DNA of 63,553 nt, filler included, from an uncultured Chlamydiae bacterium (GTDB taxonomy: Bacteria; Chlamydiota; Chlamydiia; Chlamydiales; SM23-39): the NCBI GenBank assembly GCA_937899275.1. It is 5 parts of 5 records of this genome, joined end to end, with 100 filler letters (N's around TTAATTAATTAA, not from the genome) between each part and the next. Parts side by side here need not be neighbours in the genome. Positions count along the whole stretch, not along the records: positions 34,348 to 60,506 come from CALBPE010000087.1; 4 more parts are not named here. The stretch is one strand, 5' to 3'. Positions 38,736 through 49,084 of this stretch are shown piece by piece. How positions within the stretch are numbered: the first letter of the stretch is position 1; each line of letters opens with the position of its first letter. Both the position numbers and the translations under genes were made by a program. The notes below the pieces were generated by a model, which saw only the letters and a list, made by a program, of their open reading frames with translations, was not told where the DNA came from and made no database searches.

Positions 38736-39395
38736 TTAGCCGTGAAAACGACTTTTTGCAAGAAGAATATAGTCGTTCAAACGGGCGGTGATTTCTTTTA
38801 TAATTCTTTCATGAGCGCTATGCATGGGCGTTCTTCGGTAGCGATCAGATCCCCAAATCACTTCGTTATAATCGGTATGCAAAACGTTTTTGTTAATATA
38901 ATAGGAGTCTTTTACAAGTTCTTGTAACACAACTTTTGGTGCCGCGCCGCGGATATCGATGATTCTGATCCGAACAGCCATCTGTAGATTGGAAGGGCTA
39001 CTTGCTTTATGCGGTTTTTGTTTGACGATTTCATGCTGAGCAATTTCTAAAAAGACGACAAATTCATGAGGTGCATATTCTTCTTTTACCCAGGAAATAT
39101 CTGATCCAAAAGGATTTTCCGATGAGGGGATTTGATTGATTTCTTCATCTTTATTGACATACAAAGTGGAGCGAACCGCTACTTTTGATAGAATTTTTTG
39201 TAAAAACTCTTCTGAAAGGCTCCAAGGAAGGTCGGTGTTTGATGAAGTATCCATAATCGGCGCAATGACCACATTCGGTTTTGCTCTACCGTCTTCATAG
39301 TATTTGGTAAACTCTTCAGAATAATCATTCGTACAAGAGGCAAATAAAAAGATGATTGCGAGCAAAGGGTAAAAACGGTTCATTGAGGCCTCCAA
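38736..39395 (-). CDS. CT253-family chlamydial lipoprotein
   Basis: Lipobox FASC; GRAKP, LPWSLSEEF, FVVFLE. Confidence 0.8.
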   Translation of the reverse strand: MEASMNRFYPLLAIIFLFASCTNDYSEEFTKYYEDGRAKPNVVIAPIMDTSSNTDLPWSLSEEFLQKILSKVAVRSTLYVNKDEEINQIPSSENPFGSDISWVKEEYAPHEFVVFLEIAQHEIVKQKPHKASSPSNLQMAVRIRIIDIRGAAPKVVLQELVKDSYYINKNVLHTDYNEVIWGSDRYRRTPMHSAHERIIKEITARLNDYILLAKSRFHG

Positions 39396-39781
39396 AACGA
39401 AAATTCTAAAAACCTCATTTTAAGCTAAATTTTTTTTTTTCGCAGTTTATAAACCCTTTTATTGCGTAGGATTTTTTTCCTCCTAGGCGGTTTTAACGTA
39501 ATTTTCGCAAGAAATACCTAGACAAATGCCTCGCAGCTTTTTTTAAGCAATCGGAGGTTTTCGCCAAACATCTCCTGAAAAATGCACACTTCTTAAGATC
39601 GATTGATGAATGATTGAAAGAAACAGCCAAAATCAAGTAGAATAGAATATAGGATTTTTCATCCATTTGATGAGAAGAGCTGCGAAAAAATTCCAATGGG
39701 TAGGTATTTTGCTAGCTTAGAAATTCGAATTTATGAAACTCTCTTAATGTTAACACATGAATAATCGATAAGGAGGCATCC

Positions 39782-40291
39782 ATGTCTTATGAAAACGCAA
39801 AAGCGAATTTGATCGCTTTTGGTAAGGAACTGAATCTTGAAGGCTTAGATTTTGACGAAAACCATACCTGTATATTAGGTATTGATAACGTTTTTTCCTT
39901 ACATATTACCTATGAGCCTAACTCTGATCGATTGTATTTATATTCTCCGATTATCGATGGCCTTCCTCAAGATCCAAAAATCAAACTCAAGCTTTACGAA
40001 AAACTATTAGAAGGCTCTATGCTAGGCGGTCAAATGGCTGGCGGCGGCGTAGGTGTTGCTGTCAAAGAAGAGCTCATTTTGATGCACTGCGTTATCGATA
40101 TGGGTCTTGGTGTTGACGAAAATGCTTTGCGTAGATTTGCGCCTCTATTCGTAGAAACAGTAGAAAAGTGGAGAGAGATTGTAAAGAAAATCTGCGATGG
40201 TCAAGAGCCAGAGCCGTTTGAACTACCTATGCCTCCTCAGATCAAAGACAATTTGCAGAAACCAGGTGATGAGAAATTCATCAAAATCTAG
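39782..40291 (+). CDS. slc1: Type III secretion class IA chaperone (Slc1/CT043-like, CesT fold)
   Basis: HITYEPNSDRLYLYSP and LYEKLLEGSMLGGQMAGGGVGVA match the chlamydial Slc1 pattern as I recall it. Confidence 0.88.
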   Translation: MSYENAKANLIAFGKELNLEGLDFDENHTCILGIDNVFSLHITYEPNSDRLYLYSPIIDGLPQDPKIKLKLYEKLLEGSMLGGQMAGGGVGVAVKEELILMHCVIDMGLGVDENALRRFAPLFVETVEKWREIVKKICDGQEPEPFELPMPPQIKDNLQKPGDEKFIKI

Positions 40292-41538
40292 TCGGGCTTT
40301 CTTAGCTTGATTTGTATTTTCTGCACTACAGAAGGCGGGCTTTTTTCGATGAATTTCACAGCGCTCATAACAGTGGAATGATCCCGATTAAAAGCCCTTC
40401 CAATACTAGTAAAGGGCATATATAGCTCTTTTCTACATAAATACATCGCTACTTTTCTCGCATAAGAAATTTCTTTTTCTTGTGACTTTCCTGTAATAGC
40501 TCCTGAAGATACGTCCCATTCTTTGGCTACCTCTTCAAGGATCGCCTCTAAAGTGATTGTTTTTTTTATCTCTTCTTGTAAAAGATCTTGTAGAGCGATT
40601 TCTAACGGAGTATCTTTCGAAGGATTTCGGATGACTAAAGCGTCAAATGCTTTATAGATCGCATCTAATGAGCGAAAGGATTGTAAACAAAAACGCAGCT
40701 GCTTTTTGGTGATTGGAAAATGCAGCGCTTTTGCTTTTTTTTGTAACACCTTTTCTATATCTTCTTTACGAGGAGTTTCAATAGGCAGAGAGATGCCCCA
40801 TTCAAATCGGGAAATCAAACGCGGCTCAATTCCCTTAAATTCTTGAGGGGCGTAAGAAGAGCCGATCACAATTTTTTTTCCCTGTGTATGCAGCTCATTG
40901 AAGGTATGAAAAAGCTCTTCTTGCGTTGCATTTTTCCCTGCAAGGACATGGATATTATCAAGTATAAGGACATCGACGCTGCGGTAGGTTTGACGAAAAT
41001 TTTGCATGGTACCAAATTGAATTGCGCCTACCACATGGCTCGTAAAGGTTTCTGCTTTGATATAAAATGTTTGTAAAGATAAGGAAGAAAGCTTTTTTGC
41101 TAAGCTCATCAACAAATGCGTTTTACCGCAACCCCTTGGACCATAAAGAAAGACCGGATTAAACGATAGCGAGTGGATATTTTGTAGTAATTCATACACA
41201 AGTGCGTTTTCTTTGCTTACATGAAATGAGGAAAACGTATGCACCTTGATTAACGGATCGGGATGAAAGACATAATCTTTTCTTATAGGTTTTTTCTTCG
41301 GCGTAGTAGCAGCTACGTTGACGTGAAGTCTTAAGGGTTTTCCGCTAGGTGTTGTGAGTCTTTTTGCTTGATCGGTGATGTGTTCTTTGAACCAATTCGC
41401 ATGAAATGCATCTTTTGCTTCTAAATAGATATTTCTTGCATCAAAGCGGATTACTCGAAGAGATCTTAGCCATAGATCCACATTTTTTTTACCAAGGACC
41501 TCATCTTGTTTCGCTAAGAAATCTTCCCAAAGCTTCAT
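40288..41538 (-). CDS. dnaA: Chromosomal replication initiator DnaA (chlamydial paralogue next to yidC)
   Basis: GPRGCGKTHLL, TQEELFHTFN, RLISRFEWG, RDHSTV. Confidence 0.93.
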   Translation of the reverse strand: MKLWEDFLAKQDEVLGKKNVDLWLRSLRVIRFDARNIYLEAKDAFHANWFKEHITDQAKRLTTPSGKPLRLHVNVAATTPKKKPIRKDYVFHPDPLIKVHTFSSFHVSKENALVYELLQNIHSLSFNPVFLYGPRGCGKTHLLMSLAKKLSSLSLQTFYIKAETFTSHVVGAIQFGTMQNFRQTYRSVDVLILDNIHVLAGKNATQEELFHTFNELHTQGKKIVIGSSYAPQEFKGIEPRLISRFEWGISLPIETPRKEDIEKVLQKKAKALHFPITKKQLRFCLQSFRSLDAIYKAFDALVIRNPSKDTPLEIALQDLLQEEIKKTITLEAILEEVAKEWDVSSGAITGKSQEKEISYARKVAMYLCRKELYMPFTSIGRAFNRDHSTVMSAVKFIEKSPPSVVQKIQIKLRKPD

Positions 41539-41544
41539 GGCAAC

Positions 41545-43881
41545 CTATTTTGTTATTTTCGGCGCAGCAGATCTTGCTAATCGATCGGTTAAATACTGCT
41601 GTCCTAAACCGAAAAGAGTAGAAAATAGCCAGTAGATGTTTAATCCAGAAGGCGCATGGTAGAAAAACAATGTAAACATCACAAGCATGATATTTCCCAT
41701 AGATTGCTGTTGTTTTTGCTGCTCTGTCATCGGCATATCTTTTGATCCAGTCATCTGCGCGCTTAGCTTTTGCTGTAAAAACATCGCAAATCCTAGAAAA
41801 AACGGCAAAATATGCAGGCTGTTGCCAATAAAAAATAGGGGGTAATTCCAGCTGAAAACCACATCGGGAGCAGCTAAATTATTGATCCATCCAGGGATAA
41901 AAACAGCTCCTCGGAGCGCAAAGGTGGATTTAAGTAGATCAAACATACCGATTAAAAAAGGCAGCTGAATAAACACAGGAAAGCAGCCCATAAAGGGATT
42001 GGCCCCTTTTTCTTTGTAGAGCTTAAGCATTTCCATCTGCATTTTTTGCGGATCTTTTTTATAACGCTCTTGCAGTTTTTTAATCTCGGGGTTGATTTCT
42101 CTCATCCTTTTTTGCGACTTCAATGACCAAGCATTCAAAGGATATAAAAGTACACGTACAGTAAGGGTTAGTAAGATAATGGAAAGGCCCCAAGAATGCG
42201 TTACTTTATGGAAAAAACCCATAAGGACAAATAAAAACTGGGCAAATGGCGCAGAGATAAACGAAAACCATCCGTGAAAACTACGCGCTTTTGTGTAGTA
42301 AGGATCTTTTTTTCCTGATTGTACAGTATTTTGATCTATAGTTTGCAGCACATGATTTGCAAAAGGTCCTGCAAAGATCCGGTAGGATGAAGCGCTTTTT
42401 GGGGAAATAGGTAAAGACATTAAGTAACCGGGGTAATTTTTTGCCGGATACATATTGTATTTTGCATCGATCAAAGATAAACGAGTCGGCGCTTTTGACC
42501 CTGGAATAGCAGCTGTTTGTATCTCAGAAGAAACTGTATCTAATGGATTGAGGATGACACCTAAAAAGCCGTTGGAATTGACAACCCAGCTGTTTTCAAT
42601 ATCTTGCACGTTTGGTGTGGTGGGATTTGATGCCGAAGGTAGGGAAAGTTTTTCTACCTTAGCTCTTGTTCCCCGCTCTAAAAGGTATTTGAGCTCAGGA
42701 GAAAAATAGCCAGAAATCAGCTCCACCTCTGGAATACCTGATTGCAGAAAAAGACCTGTTGTATCACCTGTAATCTCAATATCTAAGAAAAACACATAGG
42801 GAAATTTTTCTGGATTTTCTGGAAAGCGGTAACGTTTTGTAATGGTTCTTCTAGATTGTACCAGCTGAAATTCAATCAGGTTTTCTTCAAAACGTGTGAC
42901 TTGATAGGTAGCGTTTTCTGCTCCATCACCAGTGATGGTAGAGCAGTAATAATTAGGACTGAGAAGATCAACTTTTTGTCCGTTTTGTTTGTATACATCT
43001 CTTCGAAGTAAGGGATAGTATCCTCCAAGTAAAGGAGCATTTTCTACTGTTTTTCCGCCATCTACAGACAAATAACTTTGACTAGGAAAGCGGTCATTAT
43101 CTGGATGGTTTTTTTCCATTTTCCGATCGATCTCTAATTTTTTGATTACGCTATTAGAGTTTTCTTTGCTTTCAAAAGGAAGGTTGATTTCTGCTAAAGC
43201 GCCTCCTTTAGACGAAAAAACCAGCATTTGGTAAGGGTTTTCGAGTACATAATAGTTTTCTTTAGGGGCGTCTTCCACTTCGATGAAATTAGCTAGTCTA
43301 AAGTAAGCATCAAATGAACGGATCGTATGTGTCGAGGCGTCATATACCCCCACAAGGCGTTTTTGTTCATCAAATGCTAAGGCGTCTTTTTCTACTTTTC
43401 TACTTGTGATAAGAGCATCTTTTTCCTGGGATGCAAATGCAATTTCCGGGGCTTTTTCGCCTTGGTCTACTGCTAAGTATAAAGTAGAGCTAGAAGGGGC
43501 GTATTTTTTTATCGGTAAAAATGCATTTTTTGCTCTATAGACTACCGGCTCAATTGTAGGATTAGAAAAAGCAATTTCTAACGCTTTACCATTAGATAGC
43601 ACTTCTTTTGGCATATGGGGTTTATGGGCAAGAGTCAAAAGACATCCTCCTATATCTACTGCAAAAAACGGTTTTTCTTCTTGTTTTTTACTTAATACCT
43701 TAGTGAAAGGTAGATCAGAAAAAGCAATAGGCGCCGTTTTTTCCTTTTCTCTAAGCTCTACTTGTAAAAGCCGCTTTTGATGCTCTTTTTCTAGGCTATC
43801 TACGCTGGGAGAAAAATACTGGTTAATAAGAAGGGTTGTGCTGAGTATGCAAAGAAAAAAAAGGAAATGGCGTCTATCCAT
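41545..43881 (-). CDS. yidC: Membrane protein insertase YidC (long chlamydial form)
   Basis: SWGLSIILLT, NPFMGCFP..IQLP, PSGLNIYW. Confidence 0.95.
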   Translation of the reverse strand: MDRRHFLFFLCILSTTLLINQYFSPSVDSLEKEHQKRLLQVELREKEKTAPIAFSDLPFTKVLSKKQEEKPFFAVDIGGCLLTLAHKPHMPKEVLSNGKALEIAFSNPTIEPVVYRAKNAFLPIKKYAPSSSTLYLAVDQGEKAPEIAFASQEKDALITSRKVEKDALAFDEQKRLVGVYDASTHTIRSFDAYFRLANFIEVEDAPKENYYVLENPYQMLVFSSKGGALAEINLPFESKENSNSVIKKLEIDRKMEKNHPDNDRFPSQSYLSVDGGKTVENAPLLGGYYPLLRRDVYKQNGQKVDLLSPNYYCSTITGDGAENATYQVTRFEENLIEFQLVQSRRTITKRYRFPENPEKFPYVFFLDIEITGDTTGLFLQSGIPEVELISGYFSPELKYLLERGTRAKVEKLSLPSASNPTTPNVQDIENSWVVNSNGFLGVILNPLDTVSSEIQTAAIPGSKAPTRLSLIDAKYNMYPAKNYPGYLMSLPISPKSASSYRIFAGPFANHVLQTIDQNTVQSGKKDPYYTKARSFHGWFSFISAPFAQFLFVLMGFFHKVTHSWGLSIILLTLTVRVLLYPLNAWSLKSQKRMREINPEIKKLQERYKKDPQKMQMEMLKLYKEKGANPFMGCFPVFIQLPFLIGMFDLLKSTFALRGAVFIPGWINNLAAPDVVFSWNYPLFFIGNSLHILPFFLGFAMFLQQKLSAQMTGSKDMPMTEQQKQQQSMGNIMLVMFTLFFYHAPSGLNIYWLFSTLFGLGQQYLTDRLARSAAPKITK

Positions 43882-43939
43882 GAAAAATGCACCGTTTTGT
43901 AAGTGAGATTATGATCCAATTTATCAGACTATTGAATAA

Positions 43940-44010
43940 AAGGAAAACGCCCATCTAGCAGCTAGCCGATCTCTTTCCATGGACAGCACTAGCAATACTA
44001 GATAGGCGCT
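43940..44010 (-). terminator. Long hairpin / intrinsic terminator after the Fido-like gene
   Basis: Minus strand CGCCTATCTAGTA...TGCTAGATGGGCG, with mismatches being G-U pairs on this strand, followed by TTTTCCTTTT. Confidence 0.6.
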
Positions 44011-44029
44011 TAATCGAAGAAAAGTAGGA

Positions 44030-45445
44030 TTAGTTTTTTTCTTTCGGCGGACTGCTTTTTTCATCATCTTTTAAAGATATTTTTGATGCAATCTCTTCTG
44101 GTAATTTGAGAATATTTTTCCAATATTCTGAGAAATATTCGTCAAATCCAAGATATAGATAAGGCTCGATTGAGTGGTTTCGATCCGACTTATACGTTAT
44201 TTCTATACCGTGATACTTGTATAAAATTTGTTCAAGCCATTTGGCAACAGCTCCACTTCCTCTTTCATAAGGCATTGCATGAATAATTAGGTAGGTGATC
44301 AAAGCGATCTTCTTGACAATCTCTGCCTTATTATCTGAGTGCATTTTCAAGACTTCTACTACAAGCTCTTTTACCTTTTGCATCGTAGCTGGAATAGAAT
44401 GGTAGTCTTGGTGCCAAATCACGACATAGCGGTGATTTTCCGCTTTCGAGGTATGGCAATGCGGACATGTAGAAAGTATGTAGCGCCCAAGCGCGTACAA
44501 CTTTTGTTGGATTTCGAATCGTTTTGTTACGATTAAACGACCCTCGCCTTTGCATTCTTGCGCAAAAAAGTATTCCCTTCTTACTGGAATGTATCCAGTT
44601 AAAGCATTGCGATGGTTTAACAGTGACATCGCCTCAACCGCTTTTAAGTAATTTTGCCTGTCCTTCCCGCCCTTCTTGTACAACTGTTCCAAGTGATCTG
44701 CGAGCATTTTTGTATGCGCTCCGGGGTCTAAAGCTGGCATGAGCTGCTTTGCTTTTTCGTATTCTTTTGTTTTGCTGAGATCTTTGGGTAATTCGTCTAG
44801 CACATCTTGTATAATAGTTCTTACTGACTCCCTTGCTTGTTTGCATTTTTCATGATCGCGGGGGTCTGTGCCTAGCATAGCCTTCGTTGCTCTCTGGAAC
44901 TCTACAGCTTTTTGGGGGTTTACTCTCCTCATGAACTTCATTGCGGCAGCTTTTGTTGAGTCTATAGTTTCACTGGGCTGCATATTTCCCACGATTTCCT
45001 CGGCTTTCTTGAAACATCCTGGTGGAAGAACTTTCACACTGATTTTTTCTCTGAGACCTAAGCGGTTTATTGTTTGTATGGGTTTGGCGGCCTCACTTGC
45101 CTTTGCAAGAACTTTTTCTAATGCTGGATTGTGTTTTGCGTATTGACCCACTAGTGGTGTCTCTGTAGGAAAAATATCTCTTTTCTTTCCAAATAGGTCT
45201 GCATTTCTAGTTTTCGAATTCTTGGCTACTACCTGCCTTCCCATTGCAAGCATGTTTAGAACAGCAGTAACTGTATCAGTTGTTTTTGGTTCGCATTGGA
45301 ACAGCGGTACCATGCGTGATATCAGCTGCTCTCTTGCAGTTGTAAACCAATCTTGTCCCTCTTTACCTCCATAATAGTTTTCTGGATGAGTTTCGGGGGT
45401 CATATGTTGTACTTTTACATCTTCTGGCCGAATACTATTCGTCAT
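44030..45445 (-). CDS. Fido/Fic-like domain protein with non-canonical motif, effector candidate
   Basis: C-terminal IHAMPYERGSGAVAKW in a helical context; GGAGA RBS; S/T-rich start. Confidence 0.65.
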   Translation of the reverse strand: MTNSIRPEDVKVQHMTPETHPENYYGGKEGQDWFTTAREQLISRMVPLFQCEPKTTDTVTAVLNMLAMGRQVVAKNSKTRNADLFGKKRDIFPTETPLVGQYAKHNPALEKVLAKASEAAKPIQTINRLGLREKISVKVLPPGCFKKAEEIVGNMQPSETIDSTKAAAMKFMRRVNPQKAVEFQRATKAMLGTDPRDHEKCKQARESVRTIIQDVLDELPKDLSKTKEYEKAKQLMPALDPGAHTKMLADHLEQLYKKGGKDRQNYLKAVEAMSLLNHRNALTGYIPVRREYFFAQECKGEGRLIVTKRFEIQQKLYALGRYILSTCPHCHTSKAENHRYVVIWHQDYHSIPATMQKVKELVVEVLKMHSDNKAEIVKKIALITYLIIHAMPYERGSGAVAKWLEQILYKYHGIEITYKSDRNHSIEPYLYLGFDEYFSEYWKNILKLPEEIASKISLKDDEKSSPPKEKN

Positions 45446-45652
45446 TATATCTCCATGAATAAAATTATTAAGATGAATATTTTGTATTAGGTAGTGACTA
45501 AATGTCTATAAATAAAACGAAATATTCAGCGGAGTGAAATTTTTGATGATAATAAGGGAGATTATTGCGTAGAGGTATTTTTAGATAGTGTAGGATGAAT
45601 CGTTATGAGCCTGTAAGGGTATTTGGTCAAAACGGAAAAGAGCTGTCGAACA

Positions 45653-47653
45653 TTAATGGAGATCTTGCATCTGCTCTTTTTGGATGAGCTTAGAAAGAAA
45701 CTGAGAAAATCCAGAGGTTTTACGGAGTCCTTCTAACCAATCATCGCTCATGATTTCTACAGTGGGAGGAAGGCAGTCTCTATCTTTTGCCATTTCTAAA
45801 AGGTGCATCGCTTGGGAAAACTCATTTCTCAGTGAATGAAGACAGGCAAGATGGTAGTAGGCGTGTTCACAGCCAAGTTCACCTGCTTTTCGGATTTTTT
45901 TCTCCGCTTCGGTATACAGCTTCTCCGTTTTTTCTGCGGTGTAGCTTTGGTGAGCAGAGTGGATTAAGCTAAGCCCCCATTCTAACCAGACATCTTGGTT
46001 TTCTGGATCTTGCGATGCTGCCATTTGGAAGTAGTAAAAAGCTTTTTCATAAAGAGAGCTGCTGTAAGAAAAATCAGCTAATCCGGAAAAACAGTTCGCA
46101 ATTTTTTGATGAATCTCTGGGTATTCTGGCTCGATGAGAAGAACTTGCCAAAGCACTTCGATGCTGCGCATCAAAAATCCTTCATTAGCGGAGATATCTC
46201 CAAGTAGATAGAGGCAAGAGCCGTAATAAAATAACCATTCTGGATGGTGTAAAAGCGCTTTTTTCTGCGTTTGGAAAAGCTCTTCTAACTGCTCGCAGGC
46301 AGTTTTTGCGTAAGATGCGCTTTCTAATAGCTCTGCAAGAGCGTACTGGTTATGCGCGCGGTCAAATAAAATAACGGGACAAGAAGGCTTTAAATCGAGG
46401 GTTTTTACAAAAAATTTATCGGCAAGTTGCAGCAGTTTTTGATCGGAAAAATGTACGCCTAGTTTATTGTGATAAACTGCGAGTATATGCCAAAGCTCAG
46501 CAATAGAAGAGTCGATAGAAAGGCCTTCTTGGATTTTTTCAATAGCAAAATCGTAAAAGGCAGGGTCTTCGTAGTACTCTGCTTGTGATCCCAAACAAAT
46601 AGCGTAGGCGTACCAAAGGTCGGCCACTTCAGGAAACCTAGTCGTTGCTTTTAGGATTTTATGCTCTGCTTCAAGGAGTAGATCATGTCTAGAAGAAAGC
46701 GTTCCTAAAAGCGATAAGCTCTCGACCCATTGAGCGATGATTCTAGGATCGTTAGGAGTTAGGCTGTGCGCTTTCACGCATTTTTCTATGGCAAGGCGGA
46801 TTTTTTTTGGATCGAGGCTTGCTTTACCCGATTCGTGGAGGATATGCGCCCATTCTAGCCAGACTTCTTCGTTTAAATCGTCATAAGCGCAGGATTTTTG
46901 ATAACATGCGCTGGCTTTTTTCGCGTATTCTTCAGAAGCTGTGTTGATATAAAGCTCTTTATAAGCAAATGCCATGGTTAGCCAGGCAGGATAAAAATGG
47001 GGTTGTAATTGCACCGCTTTTTCTAAATGGCCAATAGCTTGCAGGTAGTAGCGGTTATCCTGAATAAACAATCCCATTTGGTAATATGCTTTACCAAAAG
47101 CGTTCCAAAAAGGAGCGCTAGGATTGTTTTGGTAGCGAAGAGACAAGCGAAAAGAGTGGATAGCAGAACGGATATCGATAGCTTCACCCGATTTTTCTGC
47201 TAAAAGCGTCTCAACGCTTCCTAAATCTGCATAAAGAGCTGCTAGAAATGCAGCGCTTACGTCGTGAGCTAAATCTTTTGCTCGAAGGTATTTTTCATAA
47301 GCTGAGTTGATGTAATGCGCTTCTCCTGTTTTTTCAGCTAAATCAACGAGCAGGCTACCCCAAAAAAAGAAGGCTTCTACAAAGGTGGGATCTAGTAAGA
47401 CAGCTTGTTTAAAGGATTTATTTGCTAGTCGTAAAAAAGATATTTGCTGGTTTTTTATCCCTTTCTCATACAAAAGAAGGGCTTTTTCATACCAAAAAGT
47501 CGCGGAAGATTCTTGAGAGGTGGCAAGGTTTTTTTTATCTAAACTATTTTTTGCGGAGCGGAGCCGATTTTTTGCAAAGGCTTGGCTGCGGAAAGAAAAG
47601 GTAGATGGGTGATTGTATGAGGGATAAAAACAGGGAGATGTATTTTCGATCAT
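45653..47653 (-). CDS. Tetratricopeptide-repeat protein
   Basis: Many W/Y-G/A...A..L.P TPR units; C-terminal AYYHLAC. Confidence 0.88.
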   Translation of the reverse strand: MIENTSPCFYPSYNHPSTFSFRSQAFAKNRLRSAKNSLDKKNLATSQESSATFWYEKALLLYEKGIKNQQISFLRLANKSFKQAVLLDPTFVEAFFFWGSLLVDLAEKTGEAHYINSAYEKYLRAKDLAHDVSAAFLAALYADLGSVETLLAEKSGEAIDIRSAIHSFRLSLRYQNNPSAPFWNAFGKAYYQMGLFIQDNRYYLQAIGHLEKAVQLQPHFYPAWLTMAFAYKELYINTASEEYAKKASACYQKSCAYDDLNEEVWLEWAHILHESGKASLDPKKIRLAIEKCVKAHSLTPNDPRIIAQWVESLSLLGTLSSRHDLLLEAEHKILKATTRFPEVADLWYAYAICLGSQAEYYEDPAFYDFAIEKIQEGLSIDSSIAELWHILAVYHNKLGVHFSDQKLLQLADKFFVKTLDLKPSCPVILFDRAHNQYALAELLESASYAKTACEQLEELFQTQKKALLHHPEWLFYYGSCLYLLGDISANEGFLMRSIEVLWQVLLIEPEYPEIHQKIANCFSGLADFSYSSSLYEKAFYYFQMAASQDPENQDVWLEWGLSLIHSAHQSYTAEKTEKLYTEAEKKIRKAGELGCEHAYYHLACLHSLRNEFSQAMHLLEMAKDRDCLPPTVEIMSDDWLEGLRKTSGFSQFLSKLIQKEQMQDLH

Positions 47654-47758
47654 GGCACCTAAATAGTACGTAAAATTTTATCTATTTTACTCTCTATAAT
47701 ATATCGATTATAGGATAGAAAACGCATTTTCCACAAACCGATTTATTACGAATGTACC

Positions 47759-49084
47759 TTAAAAAAATTTTCCTTGTAAAGTAGAAATTTCAGATCCTTC
47801 ATACAAAATTTTTTGAGGAATTTTATACGGGGGAAGCATTTTTTTGAGCGCCTTTTGCAAGGTTTTTGTATCCATGCGCGGCTTCATATCCAAAATGGCA
47901 ATAGGTCTCATACCGTACTCTAGATCAGGCTTTGGTATAACTTTTGCTGAGATCATGCCTGGGATTTGCATTAGCGCATTTTCTATTTCTTCAGGCTGAA
48001 TATTTTCTCCTCCAGAAATAAATAGCCTATCTTTTCGACCAATAATGGCAAGCTCTTCTTTTTGTATCCTAGCTAGATCGCCTGTGCAAAACCAATCTTT
48101 TCGGGGAATTTTCTGAAGGGATCCAGATTCGTAGTAGCCTAAAAAACGGGTTTTTCCCCTTAGGTAAAGCAGCCTGTTTTTGATGCGGTATTCCGCATAG
48201 CGGTGGGGTCGACCAAATGAAGAAACTTTCCCTTTGTCATCTAAGGCTTTGATCGATACATGAGAGCTCATCTCTGTTAAGCCGTAGGTGAAGTGGGCGG
48301 GGATATGATGCGCCTTACAAAGACCGATCATCTCTTGAGAAATAGGTCCCCCTCCAATAAGAGCAAAAGAGAGTTTTTCGGGAAGTGGGTTTTTAATGAG
48401 CCTTTTTACTGTTGTTTCTACCAAGGATATATGGGTGATATCATCGGGTAAAAAAGCCCCTTTTGTCGGTAGGTAGATTGCTGCGCCATGTAGTAGACAT
48501 CGAAATAAAATACCTAAACCAGCTACATGGTATAACGGCATGGAAAGCGCCCATACATCATCAGGTGTAATAGGCGCGCTATCTTGAAAAGCTATAGCGC
48601 TATAAAGATGGTTTTCTCCACTTAATGCGGCAAGTTTTGGCTGACTTGTTGTCCCTGAAGTAAACAAAATCGTATAGGGTCTTTCTAGGTCTGGGCGCTT
48701 ACAAAGTAGCGTTTTTTTCGCAGTAGAAGAAGCGGTAAGATCTGTCAATGCAAGCGAGGGGTAGGAAAGCAGCTTTCCTCCAACGGCGTACTTTATCGGA
48801 AGCATTTCTAGCTTATTCTCTAGAAAAAAGGGGGGCAAATATTTGTTGATCAGAACGAGGGGGATATTTTCAAAAAGGCAGGCGAGTAAAAAAGCCATTG
48901 TATGGAAATCAGGAGTAGGAAAAGTTGCTAGAACTTCTTCTTTTTTTATACCGAGTTGCGCAAGGTTTTTTCTGATGGTTAAAACAGCATCTGCAAGCTG
49001 AGAATATGTGTAGCTAGCTAGCTTTTCTTGCAAAAATATCCGTTTAGAAAACCTAGTTAGCGCTTTTTCTACAATCTCGATCAT
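47759..49084 (-). CDS. menE: o-succinylbenzoate-CoA ligase
   Basis: FTSGTTSQPK, TYGLTEM, TGDL, GRKDRLFISGGENI; men operon context. Confidence 0.9.
   Translation of the reverse strand: MIEIVEKALTRFSKRIFLQEKLASYTYSQLADAVLTIRKNLAQLGIKKEEVLATFPTPDFHTMAFLLACLFENIPLVLINKYLPPFFLENKLEMLPIKYAVGGKLLSYPSLALTDLTASSTAKKTLLCKRPDLERPYTILFTSGTTSQPKLAALSGENHLYSAIAFQDSAPITPDDVWALSMPLYHVAGLGILFRCLLHGAAIYLPTKGAFLPDDITHISLVETTVKRLIKNPLPEKLSFALIGGGPISQEMIGLCKAHHIPAHFTYGLTEMSSHVSIKALDDKGKVSSFGRPHRYAEYRIKNRLLYLRGKTRFLGYYESGSLQKIPRKDWFCTGDLARIQKEELAIIGRKDRLFISGGENIQPEEIENALMQIPGMISAKVIPKPDLEYGMRPIAILDMKPRMDTKTLQKALKKMLPPYKIPQKILYEGSEISTLQGKFF

Noticed and set aside
39396..39781. Possible oriC or ncRNA in the intergenic region near dnaA
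   Set aside because: No cluster of TTATCCACA-like boxes or convincing structure found by eye; adequately explained as divergent promoters
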